Positions 1-9,247 of a stretch of DNA of 64,000 bases are shown in pieces. Each line of letters begins with the position of its first letter. The first letter of the stretch is position 1. The notes under the pieces were generated by a model that was not told the DNA's origin, did not search any database, and saw only the letters and a list, made by a program, of their open reading frames with translations. Position numbers and translations under genes: made by a program. Origin of the DNA: Prevotellaceae bacterium UBA4361 (lineage in GTDB: Bacteria; Bacteroidota; Bacteroidia; Bacteroidales; Bacteroidaceae); NCBI GenBank assembly GCA_002393575.1, contig DGSN01000032.1:44783-108782 (forward strand), given 5' to 3'.

Positions 1-18
1 TTAAAATCGCTTCTCACA

Positions 19-1353
19 ATGAACCATAGATTGAGAAGGCTATGGGGCCTGTTACTTTTATTTCCTGCCTCTATGTGCTGGGCTCAGCAGGAGAGCAACA
101 ATCAGCTGGACGTGAACTTGCAGATGCTGGGGCACGGCGAAATGCGTTTTGGTGGGTTGGACGACAATGCCAGCGGAAGTGAAAGTGGTGCGACCGACAA
201 GAATCATGCCTACTTCCTGATGGGGCGTACCCGCCTGAGCATCGACTATAAGCGCATGGGCTTGGAAACGAAGGTTGTTGCTCAGCATTCTGGTGTGTGG
301 GGACAGAAGGGACAGGGCAATTTCAACCTCTACGAAGCTTGGGCAAAGTTTAGCTTGAAGAACGGGCTTTTCGGGCAGATTGGCCGTCAGGCTCTGGCAT
401 ACGATGATGAACGTATCATCGGTACGAACGACTGGGCTATGGCTGCGCTCTCTCACGATGTTCTCAGATTAGGCTATGACGGTCCACAGCACAAGGCTCA
501 TGCGATTTTTGCTTTCAACCAAAACGCTGAGAACACCCACGGCGGTACGTACTACAAGGATGGTGCACAGCCCTACAAGACGATGCAAACTATCTGGTAT
601 CATTTCGATGTGCCGAAGTTTCCTCTGGGAGCCTCGCTCTTGTTCATGAACATCGGTATGCAAGGTGGCACGAAGGAAGGCTATGGCGATGATGAGCCGA
701 GGACTATTTACCAGCAACTGTTAGGTACATACATCAAGTTCAGCCCTGGAAGGTTTTCAGCCGAAGCATCCTACTATCATCAGTTAGGCAGAAGCGAGGA
801 CGATCTCAAGATTGACGCATGGATGGCAAGTGTGCGTGGCAGCATGCAAGTGACGAGACAACTCAAGGCTGTGGCGGGCTTCGACTACCTGAGCGGTGAC
901 AAATACTTTGCCGTTCCAGCCAAAGGGCATTTTGGTGTCACGAGGCACGAAGTAATCAAGGGTTTCAATCCCATCTATGGTTCTCACCACAAGTTCTACG
1001 GCATGATGGACTTTTTCTATGTCAGGACCTACCTCAATGGTTTCACTCCTGGATTACAGAACTTGTATGTGGGCGGCGATTATGCCCCTATCGACAAAAT
1101 AAATTTGAAATTGCGATACCACTATCTGGCTATGGCAACCAAACTGGCTGGCATTGACCAGACGTTGGGACATGATGTGGATTTCGAAGCGTCATACCAA
1201 TTCGCTAAAGATGCTCGTTTCTCGTTGGGTTTCTCCTACATGCTTGGTACGGAGAGCATGGAGAAGCTGAAACGCGCATCCAAAGACAACAACCTGAAGT
1301 GGGCATGGTTCTCTCTGCTCATTTCTCCACGTATCTTCACGACCAAATGGTAG
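19..1353 (+). CDS. Outer-membrane beta-barrel protein, alginate-export (AlgE)-like porin family
   Basis: 444-aa ATG-initiated ORF. Signal peptide (LWGLLLLFPASMCWAQQ), amphipathic beta-strand pattern and aromatic C-terminus (FTTKW). The motif GRQALAYDDERIIGTNDWA resembles the GRQ..YGD.RLIG..DW signature I associate with the alginate-export family. Called by recognition, not search. Confidence 0.6.
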   Translation: MNHRLRRLWGLLLLFPASMCWAQQESNNQLDVNLQMLGHGEMRFGGLDDNASGSESGATDKNHAYFLMGRTRLSIDYKRMGLETKVVAQHSGVWGQKGQGNFNLYEAWAKFSLKNGLFGQIGRQALAYDDERIIGTNDWAMAALSHDVLRLGYDGPQHKAHAIFAFNQNAENTHGGTYYKDGAQPYKTMQTIWYHFDVPKFPLGASLLFMNIGMQGGTKEGYGDDEPRTIYQQLLGTYIKFSPGRFSAEASYYHQLGRSEDDLKIDAWMASVRGSMQVTRQLKAVAGFDYLSGDKYFAVPAKGHFGVTRHEVIKGFNPIYGSHHKFYGMMDFFYVRTYLNGFTPGLQNLYVGGDYAPIDKINLKLRYHYLAMATKLAGIDQTLGHDVDFEASYQFAKDARFSLGFSYMLGTESMEKLKRASKDNNLKWAWFSLLISPRIFTTKW

Positions 1354-1409
1354 AGAAACGTGAGTTCGATATAAATAAATATGTTCTTTTGTAGTGCCTC
1401 TACGAGGCA

Positions 1410-1498
1410 GAAATCTAACAAATCTATTCAAAATCTCTCAAAATCTCATTCATATTTGTAAGATTTGAGAAGATTTGTGAGATTTCTCGCGAAGCGAC
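1410..1498. repeat. Imperfect low-complexity hairpin (words AAATCT / AGATTT) followed by a GCGAAGCGAC motif, upstream of the NRPS gene
   Basis: aaatctaacaaatctattcaaaatctctcaaaatctca...agatttgagaagatttgtgagattt. GCGAAGCGAC at 1489-1498 recurs next to the family A hairpins (15218-15230, 48532-48545, 48588-48601). Confidence 0.6.
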
Positions 1499-1567
1499 TC
1501 CTTATACCGAACTGACGTTAGAGAAGGAATTCACCTACATTAATAAGAGCAATAATCACTTTAAACC

Positions 1568-2830
1568 ATGAAACAAATAGTTCCTTTATCAAAAACACAA
1601 TATGGCATCTATGTAGAAAGCGCAAGCCATATAGGAGAAATCTGTTACAATCTGCCTTATTTATATGCTCTTGATAAGAGTCTTGATGCAGAACGCGTAT
1701 GCAGGGCTGTAGAAACTGCAGTGAAAGCCCATCCCACTCTCTTCACTCGCATCATCCTCACGGACGATGGCGAACCTATGCAAACCATCGGTGAAGACAT
1801 CGATTCATGGACGCTCCATGTGGAGGACATTGACAACATCGACACCGTGAAATCCTCTTTGGTAAAGCCGTTCAATCTATACGATGACCTCCTGTTCCAC
1901 ATTCGCCTTTTACGCGATGCCCAACATCTCTATCTATTCATCGACTATCACCACATCATCGTTGACGGCACTTCCATGAAATTGCTTCTCAACGACATGG
2001 ACAAAGCTTATCATGGCGAGGCTCTTGCTCCAGAGCAAATCACGTTGGCAGAAGTGAGTGAGGATGAACAGGCGAAACGTCAGTCCCCAGCATTGGAGGA
2101 AGCCAAGCAATGGTATGCCAAGACTTACGATTGCGGAGATGTTTTCACCCAACTCATTCCCGACCTTGAAGAAGCGACTGTCACAGAAGGTAGCCAGCTC
2201 CACACTATATCCATCAACACTGAGCGAGTTGAGTCTTTCTGCAAGGAAAATGGTGTTTTCAAAAGCACACTCTTCACCATGGCATACGCCTTTCTGCTTG
2301 CAAAATTCAACAATGAGCCAGAATCGCTGTTCACCACCGTTTACAATGGTCGCAACGACAAGCGTTTGAGCAATACGGTTGGCATGTTTGTCAAGACGCT
2401 GCCCGTTTATGCCAAGTTCGACAATGACACATCGGTGCTCGACTACTTGAAAGCAGGGCAGGAGCAAATCAGCGGATGCCGACAGCACGACATCTATTCT
2501 TTCAGCGACCTCATGGAAGACCTCAACTTACAGAGCAATTCCATGTTCGCATGGCATGCCACACTCTTTGCCGACGACCAATTTGGTGACAAGCCAATGG
2601 AGGCTGAACGCATCGGCAACAGCACACTCGATGTTTCACTTTACCTAAAAGCCTTCATCAGAGATGGACATTTTCAGGTGAAGGCAGAATACCGTTCAAA
2701 CGAATATTCCCAGGCACTCATCAGCCAGTATCTGGAAAGTTATGAAGCAGTGATTGAAGGTATGCTTTCCTGCCAATATCTGCGCGACATAGACATAGCT
2801 ACCGCTTCTCAGGTTCAGACACTCGACTCT
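1568..2830 (+). other. NRPS condensation domain C1 (N-terminal, precedes the first A domain)
   Basis: HHIIVDGTS active-site motif at nt 1949-1975. About 420 aa lie before the first A domain. Boundaries approximate. Confidence 0.8.
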
Positions 2831-5800
2831 TTCAATCAGAACGATGTCGATTACGACTCCACTCAGACCATCGTTTCCCTGTTCCTTCAGCAAGCGAAAG
2901 CAACTCCCGACAACATTGCTGTTGTTTTCAAGGAAAAACGCTACACGTACCAGCAAGTGGATGCCATCAGCAACAGCATTGCATCCTGCCTGGCAGGGAA
3001 AGGACTGGGGCAAGGCGATGTCGTTTCGGTACTGATACCACGTTGCGAATGGATGGCAATTGCATCGTTGGGTATTCTGAAAGCAGGATGTGCCTATCAA
3101 CCGCTCGACCCAAGTTATCCGAAGGAGCGACTGAATTTCATGATGCAGGATGCCAATGCACGTTTGCTTCTGAGTCTCGACGAAGCTATTCTGTCCAAGC
3201 AGCAGGCAAAGGAAGGTGAGGGATGGCTCGACGGTCTCGACATTCTGAACGAGAGGAATATCCCTGTCTTAGACCTCAATGAATTCAACCCACAGGACTA
3301 TGACCAGCATTTCGCTTCGGCTACGGTTTCGCCCGACTCACTCTTCATTTTGCTCTACACATCCGGTTCCACAGGTATTCCTAAGGGATGCCAACTCACA
3401 CATGGAAACCTGGTTGCGTTCTGCCACTGGTACCAGAGATTCTACTCCTTGCAGCCAGAACACAACGTGGCAGCATACGCCAGCTACGGTTTCGATGCTT
3501 GCATGATGGACCTGTACCCAGCACTCACTTGCGGTGCTACGGTTCACATCATTCCAGAAGAAATACGTCTCGACCTCATTGCCCTCAACAATTATTTTGA
3601 GCAGAATGCCATCACCCATTCGTTCATGACAACCCAAGTGGGCTATCAGTTTGCTTCGAGCATCGAGAACCACTCGCTCCTCAACCTCTCAACAGGTGGT
3701 GAGAAATTGGCATCTATCGTTCCGCCACAAGGTTACCGCTTCTTCAATGTCTATGGCCCTACGGAGTGTACCATCTTCACAACCACTTTCCAGGTGGAGA
3801 AGAAAATGAAAGAAATTCCAATCGGCAAAGCACTCGACAACATGCGTCTCTACGTGGTTGACACTAAAGGCCATCGACTGCCAGTCGGTGCATCGGGAGA
3901 ACTGTGGGTGTCAGGACCACAAGTGAGTCGCGGCTATCTGAATCGACCAGAGAAGACAGCAGAAGTGTATATCGGCAATCCATTCGTTGACTCCGACGCA
4001 AGCGACAAGAAATATGCACGTGTCTATCGAACGGGCGACATCGTTCGTTTCCTCCCCGATGGAAACATACAGTTTGTCGGTCGTCGCGACGGACAGGTGA
4101 AGATTCGCGGATTCCGCATTGAGCTGAAAGAAGTGGAAGCGGTCATTCGCGATTTCCCTGGCATCAAGGATGCAACCGTGCAAGCCTTCGACGAGGATGG
4201 TGGCGGAAAGTTCATAGCTGCCTACATCGTTAGCGACCAGCAAATCGACATCGATGCTCTCAACAATTTCATTCTCGACCAGAAACCACCTTACATGGTG
4301 CCAGCCGTGACCATGCAGATTGATGCCATTCCGCTGAACCAGAACCAGAAAGTGAACAAGCGTGCTTTGCCAAAGCCTGAGAAAAAGGCAACGGCTGCAG
4401 AAGAAGTATCGAATGTGCCAATGAACGTACTCGAAGAAGAACTCCACAGCATGGTTGCAGCCATCGTCAATAATGAGGACTTCGGAGTAACAACCGTTCT
4501 CGGATATGCAGGTTTCACCTCCATCTCAGCCATCAAACTGGCTGTGCAAGTGAATAAGCGATATGACGTGATGCTCGATGCCAAGTCGCTCGTCAAGACA
4601 GGTACTCTGCAAAGCATTGAAAACGAGATTCTGAAGAAGATGCTTTTCCAGGACACTGACAGCACCGTCAAGAAAGAATCAACACAAGCACAAGATGCAC
4701 CAACCAGCGCACCTCTCTCATACGCACAGACGGGAGTCTATTTCGATTGCTTGAAGAACCCTGCATCCACGCTCTACAACATCCCATATCTGCTCACATT
4801 CCCTTCAGGTACAGACCCGCAGAAGCTGGCTGATGCTGTTGAGAAAGCAGTGAAGAGCCATCCAGAGCTGAGCGTCCACTTCACCACCAAGGGTGACACC
4901 ATCGTTCAGACCACTGAAGGCAGCATTGACATCTCGTTCAGCAAGGGCATAGGAGGCACGATGTCCGAAATGAGCGAAGCACAACTCAGCGAATACAAAA
5001 ACGAATTTGTTCGTCCGTTCAACTTGCAGAAAGCCCCACTCTATCGCTTCGAAATTGTAAGGACAGAACAAAACGTCCATCTGCTCATGGACATTCATCA
5101 TCTCGTTTTCGATGGTGGCTCTGCTGACCTTCTCATTCGTCAGATTTGCTCCCTCCTCGAAGGACAAAACATTGAACAGGAAACTTACACCTATCTCCAC
5201 TTCGTCACCGACCAGCAGGCAGCTGAGGATACGGATGAATTCCGTGCAGCAAAAGATTTCTTTGCCGAAAAACTGCAAACCTGTGAAGGTGCTAGCGAAA
5301 TACCTGCCGACCTCCACTCCGATGAATTAGCCGAGCATGAAGGAGTCATCGGCGAGGCTGTCTGTCCAACCGATTTCGACCGCATCAACGCCTTCTGCCG
5401 TGAAAAGGAAATCACTCCAGCCCATCTGTTCCTCGCTGCAACAGCTTACGTTGTTTCCCGCTACACCAACAACCGCGAGGTCTATCTCTGCACTGTCAGC
5501 AGCGGACGTAGCAACTTGAAGATTGCTGACACCGTGGGCATGTTTGTCAACACACTTGCCCTTGGACTGAACATCAGCGATGTCAGTGTGTCCGAATTCC
5601 TGAAGCAAACGAGTGAAACTTTCGACCAAACACTTCGCCACGAGGATTATCCATTCGTGCGCATCGCATCCGACTACGGTTTCCGTCCAGCCATTGCCTA
5701 TGCTTACCAAGTGGGTGTCCTTTCTCAATACACTGTCGGTTCGAAGCCTGTTGGTCAGGAACTGCTGGAACTCAACGTTCCGAAATTCAAAATCAACATC

Positions 5801-8800
5801 AAGATAGAGTCGCGAGGTGTCGTTGTGCAGTACGACGACTCACTCTATTCTGCTCGTCTCGGCACCGCACTTGCAGAGAGCATTGCTGCCGTAGCAGAAC
5901 GAATCACGCAGAATCCACAAGGCAAGATTCGCCACCTCTCCATCATCAGCAACAATCAGGAAGAAGAGCTCAGCCACCTGCGACAGACAGCCACAGGAGA
6001 TGCTCCATTCCAGTTCTTCCACGAATGCATCGCCCACTTCGCACAGACCCAACCTGAGCACGACGCATTAGTGGCTATCGATGCTTCTTATAACTATCAG
6101 CAGATGGACGATGCCACCAACCGTATAGCAATGGCTCTCCGCAAGCGTGGCGTTCAGGAGCGCGACCGAGTGGCACTGCTCCTCCCGCGTACCAGCCGAC
6201 TCATTCTGTCCCTCTTCGGTGTACTGAAAGCAGGTGCCGCTTACATTCCATGCGACCCAGAATATCCTGCCGACCGTGTGAAACTCATCCTTGAGGACAG
6301 CGAAGCACGCTACATCATCACAACCGCCGACCGCATCGACTCCGTTCCAGCAGGAAAGGGCATCGACGTGGAACAGTTGTTGGAAGAACAGACCGATGCC
6401 CCATTTGCTGCACCATCCATCACCCCTGACGACCTCGCCTACCTCATCTACACCAGCGGTTCCACAGGCAGACCAAAGGGAGTTATGCTCCGTCACGAAG
6501 GCATTTGCAACTACCTTTACGGCCATCCAGCCAACGTGTTCGCTCATGGTGTGCTCACTGATGCCCGTCGCATTCTCAGTGTCACCACCATTTCCTTCGA
6601 TGCAGCACTGCAAGACATCGGCATGGCATACTTCAACGGCAAGACACTCGTACTCGCCACCGAAGAACAAGCCAACAACCCTCTCGACCTGGCACAACTC
6701 ATCAACGAGCAACACATCAACATGGTGTCGGGCACACCATCGCGCTGGCAAACATGGCTCACCAGCGACGACTTCTGCCAAGCCATCAGCCACGTTGACA
6801 TCTGCCGTGCAGGTGGAGAGAAATTCTCCGACCAGCTTCTCAGCCAGATGCGCAGTGTTACTCATGCACGCATCTTCAACTGTTATGGTCCTACAGAAAT
6901 CACCGTTGCATCCAACAACAAGGAACTCACACATGCCAACATCGTGACAGTGGGCCGACCACAACTGAATGTCAAGGAATTCATTGTCGATGCCGACGGC
7001 AACGAACTGCCTGTTGGTGTGGTAGGTGAACTCTATATCGGTGGACGAGGCGTAGCTCGAGGCTACAACAACCTCGACGACATGACTCGCGAACGCTTCA
7101 TCACCTACTGCCCTGTGCGCACAGACTGCTCTACGGCAATCCGCATCTACAAGTCGGGCGACTATGCCAAGTGGCTTCCTGATGGCGACGTAGTCATTCT
7201 CGGACGAACCGACCACCAAATCAAACTGCGTGGACTCCGCATCGAATTGGGCGAAATCGAAAACGTCATGCTCAAAGTCGATGGCATCAAGAAAGTCGTT
7301 ATACTGATTCGCAAACTCAACGGCAAGGAGCACCTCTGCGCATACTACACCGCCGACCACGAAATCGCACCAGAAAACCTGAAAGCCGAAATCTCAAAGA
7401 GCCTCACACAGTACATGGTGCCAACAGCATACCTGCAACTTCCAGAAATGCCAATGACACCAAACGGCAAGACAGACGTGAAGGCACTCCCTGAACCACA
7501 GCTCGCCAGCACATCAGCATACGTTGCCCCTGCCAACGACACGGAACGCAGCTTCTGCGACATCTTCGCTTCCATCCTGCAAATGGAGCGAGTGGGAGCA
7601 ACCGACAACTTCTTCGAATTGGGAGGCACCTCCCTCGTTGTCACACGCGTCATCATCGAAGCAGACAAGGCTGGAATGCACGTAGCTTACGGCGATGTCT
7701 TCGCCAACCCAACCCCTCGCCAGCTTGCACGTTTGCTAACAGGAGATGCTGACAGCGAACAGACCGACGAAGTGGCAGCTTTCGACTACTCAGCCATCGA
7801 TGCTATCCTTCAGCACAATACACTCGACAACTTCCGCCAAGGACAACGCCAAAATTTGGGCAACGTACTTCTCACGGGAGCCACAGGCTATCTCGGCATC
7901 CACATCCTCCACCGACTCATCCAGTCTGATGCACAGATTATCTATTGCCTCGTGCGTGGCAAGAGCCAAGAGAAAGCAGAGAGCCGCTTGCGCACACTTC
8001 TCTACTACTACTTCGCCAATGCCCACAAGGACCTCTTCGGCACACGACTCCACGTCATTATCGGCGACGTAACAGCTGACATCAGCCAACTCACTTCCCA
8101 CCTCGCACCAACAACCATCAACACCGTCTTCAACTGCGCAGCCATTGTCAAGCACTTCAGCGAAGGCACAGAGATAGAAGACGTGAACATCGGAGGTGCA
8201 CAGCGATGCGTAGATTTCTGCATACAGACAGGCGCACAACTCGTTCATGTATCTACAGCCAGCACCCGAGGACTTTGGGCAGGCGACATCAAGAGCGACA
8301 CCTTCACCGAGCAACGACTCTACATGGGACAATACCTCGGCAACAAGTACATCTACTCCAAGTTCATGGCAGAGCGACTCATCCTCGATGCAGTGGCACA
8401 TCACGGACTCAACGCCAAAATCATGCGCGTCGGCAACCTCGCCGCACGTTCCACCGACGGAGAGTTCCAGGCAAACTTCTCCACCAACTCCTTCATGGGG
8501 CGCATCAGAGTTTACAACATGCTCGGTTGCTGTCCACATGGCATGAGAAACAAGCGCGTCGAGTTCTCCCCAATCAACGAAGTCGCCGATGCCATCGTCC
8601 TACTCGCATCCGCACCGCAAAAGTGTACCGTCTTCCATCCTTACAATATCCACACCCAGTTCCTTGGCGACGTACTCACCGGACTCACAAGCGTGGGCGA
8701 AAAACTCCGCACAGCCGACGGTTCTACAACCGTAGGCATTCGCTTCGTAGAACAAGAGGAATTTGCAGAAGCTATGGAAGCAGCCAAGTCCGACCCACAG

Positions 8801-8992
8801 AAAGCACGTCAGATGGCATCACTACTCGCCTACCAAGACATGGCACACGGTCAGAAGACCACCGATGTCAACCGCGACAACGACTACACCACCCAGGTGC
8901 TCTATCGTCTCGGCTTCGCCTGGTCGCCAACATCGTGGGACTATGTCGAGCGTATGCTCACAGCCATCGGTGGCTTCGGCTTCTTTGAGTAA
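1568..8992 (+). CDS. Bimodular non-ribosomal peptide synthetase, domain order C-A-T-C-A-T-R (terminal thioester reductase)
   Basis: Uninterrupted 2474-aa ORF. C-domain motifs: HHIIVDG (nt 1949-1969) and HHLVFDG (nt 5096-5116). A-domain cores: LLYTSGSTGIPKG/NVYGPTE/YRTGD/GRRDGQVKIRGFRIEL and LIYTSGSTGRPKG/NCYGPTE/YKSGD/GRTDHQIKLRGLRIEL. Carrier serines in GFTSIS (nt 4520-4522) and LGGTSL (nt 7631-7633). C-terminal LLTGATGYLG Rossmann motif plus YIYSKFMAE (Y-x-x-x-K). Confidence 0.95.
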   Translation: MKQIVPLSKTQYGIYVESASHIGEICYNLPYLYALDKSLDAERVCRAVETAVKAHPTLFTRIILTDDGEPMQTIGEDIDSWTLHVEDIDNIDTVKSSLVKPFNLYDDLLFHIRLLRDAQHLYLFIDYHHIIVDGTSMKLLLNDMDKAYHGEALAPEQITLAEVSEDEQAKRQSPALEEAKQWYAKTYDCGDVFTQLIPDLEEATVTEGSQLHTISINTERVESFCKENGVFKSTLFTMAYAFLLAKFNNEPESLFTTVYNGRNDKRLSNTVGMFVKTLPVYAKFDNDTSVLDYLKAGQEQISGCRQHDIYSFSDLMEDLNLQSNSMFAWHATLFADDQFGDKPMEAERIGNSTLDVSLYLKAFIRDGHFQVKAEYRSNEYSQALISQYLESYEAVIEGMLSCQYLRDIDIATASQVQTLDSFNQNDVDYDSTQTIVSLFLQQAKATPDNIAVVFKEKRYTYQQVDAISNSIASCLAGKGLGQGDVVSVLIPRCEWMAIASLGILKAGCAYQPLDPSYPKERLNFMMQDANARLLLSLDEAILSKQQAKEGEGWLDGLDILNERNIPVLDLNEFNPQDYDQHFASATVSPDSLFILLYTSGSTGIPKGCQLTHGNLVAFCHWYQRFYSLQPEHNVAAYASYGFDACMMDLYPALTCGATVHIIPEEIRLDLIALNNYFEQNAITHSFMTTQVGYQFASSIENHSLLNLSTGGEKLASIVPPQGYRFFNVYGPTECTIFTTTFQVEKKMKEIPIGKALDNMRLYVVDTKGHRLPVGASGELWVSGPQVSRGYLNRPEKTAEVYIGNPFVDSDASDKKYARVYRTGDIVRFLPDGNIQFVGRRDGQVKIRGFRIELKEVEAVIRDFPGIKDATVQAFDEDGGGKFIAAYIVSDQQIDIDALNNFILDQKPPYMVPAVTMQIDAIPLNQNQKVNKRALPKPEKKATAAEEVSNVPMNVLEEELHSMVAAIVNNEDFGVTTVLGYAGFTSISAIKLAVQVNKRYDVMLDAKSLVKTGTLQSIENEILKKMLFQDTDSTVKKESTQAQDAPTSAPLSYAQTGVYFDCLKNPASTLYNIPYLLTFPSGTDPQKLADAVEKAVKSHPELSVHFTTKGDTIVQTTEGSIDISFSKGIGGTMSEMSEAQLSEYKNEFVRPFNLQKAPLYRFEIVRTEQNVHLLMDIHHLVFDGGSADLLIRQICSLLEGQNIEQETYTYLHFVTDQQAAEDTDEFRAAKDFFAEKLQTCEGASEIPADLHSDELAEHEGVIGEAVCPTDFDRINAFCREKEITPAHLFLAATAYVVSRYTNNREVYLCTVSSGRSNLKIADTVGMFVNTLALGLNISDVSVSEFLKQTSETFDQTLRHEDYPFVRIASDYGFRPAIAYAYQVGVLSQYTVGSKPVGQELLELNVPKFKINIKIESRGVVVQYDDSLYSARLGTALAESIAAVAERITQNPQGKIRHLSIISNNQEEELSHLRQTATGDAPFQFFHECIAHFAQTQPEHDALVAIDASYNYQQMDDATNRIAMALRKRGVQERDRVALLLPRTSRLILSLFGVLKAGAAYIPCDPEYPADRVKLILEDSEARYIITTADRIDSVPAGKGIDVEQLLEEQTDAPFAAPSITPDDLAYLIYTSGSTGRPKGVMLRHEGICNYLYGHPANVFAHGVLTDARRILSVTTISFDAALQDIGMAYFNGKTLVLATEEQANNPLDLAQLINEQHINMVSGTPSRWQTWLTSDDFCQAISHVDICRAGGEKFSDQLLSQMRSVTHARIFNCYGPTEITVASNNKELTHANIVTVGRPQLNVKEFIVDADGNELPVGVVGELYIGGRGVARGYNNLDDMTRERFITYCPVRTDCSTAIRIYKSGDYAKWLPDGDVVILGRTDHQIKLRGLRIELGEIENVMLKVDGIKKVVILIRKLNGKEHLCAYYTADHEIAPENLKAEISKSLTQYMVPTAYLQLPEMPMTPNGKTDVKALPEPQLASTSAYVAPANDTERSFCDIFASILQMERVGATDNFFELGGTSLVVTRVIIEADKAGMHVAYGDVFANPTPRQLARLLTGDADSEQTDEVAAFDYSAIDAILQHNTLDNFRQGQRQNLGNVLLTGATGYLGIHILHRLIQSDAQIIYCLVRGKSQEKAESRLRTLLYYYFANAHKDLFGTRLHVIIGDVTADISQLTSHLAPTTINTVFNCAAIVKHFSEGTEIEDVNIGGAQRCVDFCIQTGAQLVHVSTASTRGLWAGDIKSDTFTEQRLYMGQYLGNKYIYSKFMAERLILDAVAHHGLNAKIMRVGNLAARSTDGEFQANFSTNSFMGRIRVYNMLGCCPHGMRNKRVEFSPINEVADAIVLLASAPQKCTVFHPYNIHTQFLGDVLTGLTSVGEKLRTADGSTTVGIRFVEQEEFAEAMEAAKSDPQKARQMASLLAYQDMAHGQKTTDVNRDNDYTTQVLYRLGFAWSPTSWDYVERMLTAIGGFGFFE
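2867..4381 (+). other. NRPS adenylation domain A1
   Basis: Core motifs A3 LLYTSGSTGIPKG, A4 FDACMMD, A5 NVYGPTE, A7 YRTGD, A8 GRRDGQVKIRGFRIEL, A10 NQKVNKRALP. Boundaries approximate. Confidence 0.9.
4415..4640 (+). other. NRPS thiolation (PCP) domain T1
   Basis: LGYAGFTSISAIKL, with the presumed phosphopantetheine-attachment Ser at nt 4520-4522. This is a variant of the usual GG(D/H)S(L/I) motif. Confidence 0.75.
4709..5950 (+). other. NRPS condensation domain C2
   Basis: HHLVFDGGS at nt 5096-5122, preceded by a polar linker (QDTDSTVKKESTQAQDAPTS). Boundaries approximate. Confidence 0.85.
6010..7495 (+). other. NRPS adenylation domain A2
   Basis: Core motifs LIYTSGSTGRPKG, FDAALQD, NCYGPTE, YKSGD, GRTDHQIKLRGLRIELGEIE, PNGKTDVKALP. 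Boundaries approximate. Confidence 0.9.
7536..7739 (+). other. NRPS thiolation (PCP) domain T2
   Basis: DNFFELGGTSLVVTRV, with Ser at nt 7631-7633. Confidence 0.85.
7868..8989 (+). other. NRPS terminal thioester reductase (R/TD) domain, SDR fold
   Basis: NAD(P)H-binding LLTGATGYLGIHIL and catalytic YIYSKFMAE. About 370 aa following T2, with no TE domain. Confidence 0.85.
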
Positions 8993-9040
8993 ACGTTAAA
9001 AAGTAACTTGGTACGATTATAAACCACTCATCTGTGTTTT

Positions 9041-9187
9041 TCAACCACGAATTACTCGAATAAACGAATTTTTGATTTTAATGTTATCAAATTTCTCTAA
9101 TTTTAAAAATGCCTGCATTTTTATTCGTGAAATTTGATTATATACTACTCAAAATTAATTCGTTTAATTCGTGAAATTCGTGGTTGA
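9041..9187. repeat. Long imperfect inverted repeat (AATTCGTG/AATTCGTT words) between the NRPS and MATE genes
   Basis: Left arm tcaaccacgaattactcgaataaacgaatttttga (9041-9075). Right arm tcaaaattaattcgtttaattcgtgaaattcgtggttga (9149-9187). The outer 13 bp are perfectly complementary. A third word copy lies at 9123-9139. Confidence 0.75.
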
Positions 9188-9247
9188 TAATAATCCCAAC
9201 TTATTCTTTATTCTTCAGTCTTCATTCTTCACTCTCACTTCCCCATC

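Noticed and set aside
6068-7360. 430-aa minus-strand ORF inside the NRPS gene.
   Set aside because: It is antisense to a reading frame that has unambiguous NRPS core motifs. Its composition is odd (V/D/A/G/C/H-rich), with no motifs and no upstream signals. This is a typical shadow ORF of a codon-biased gene.
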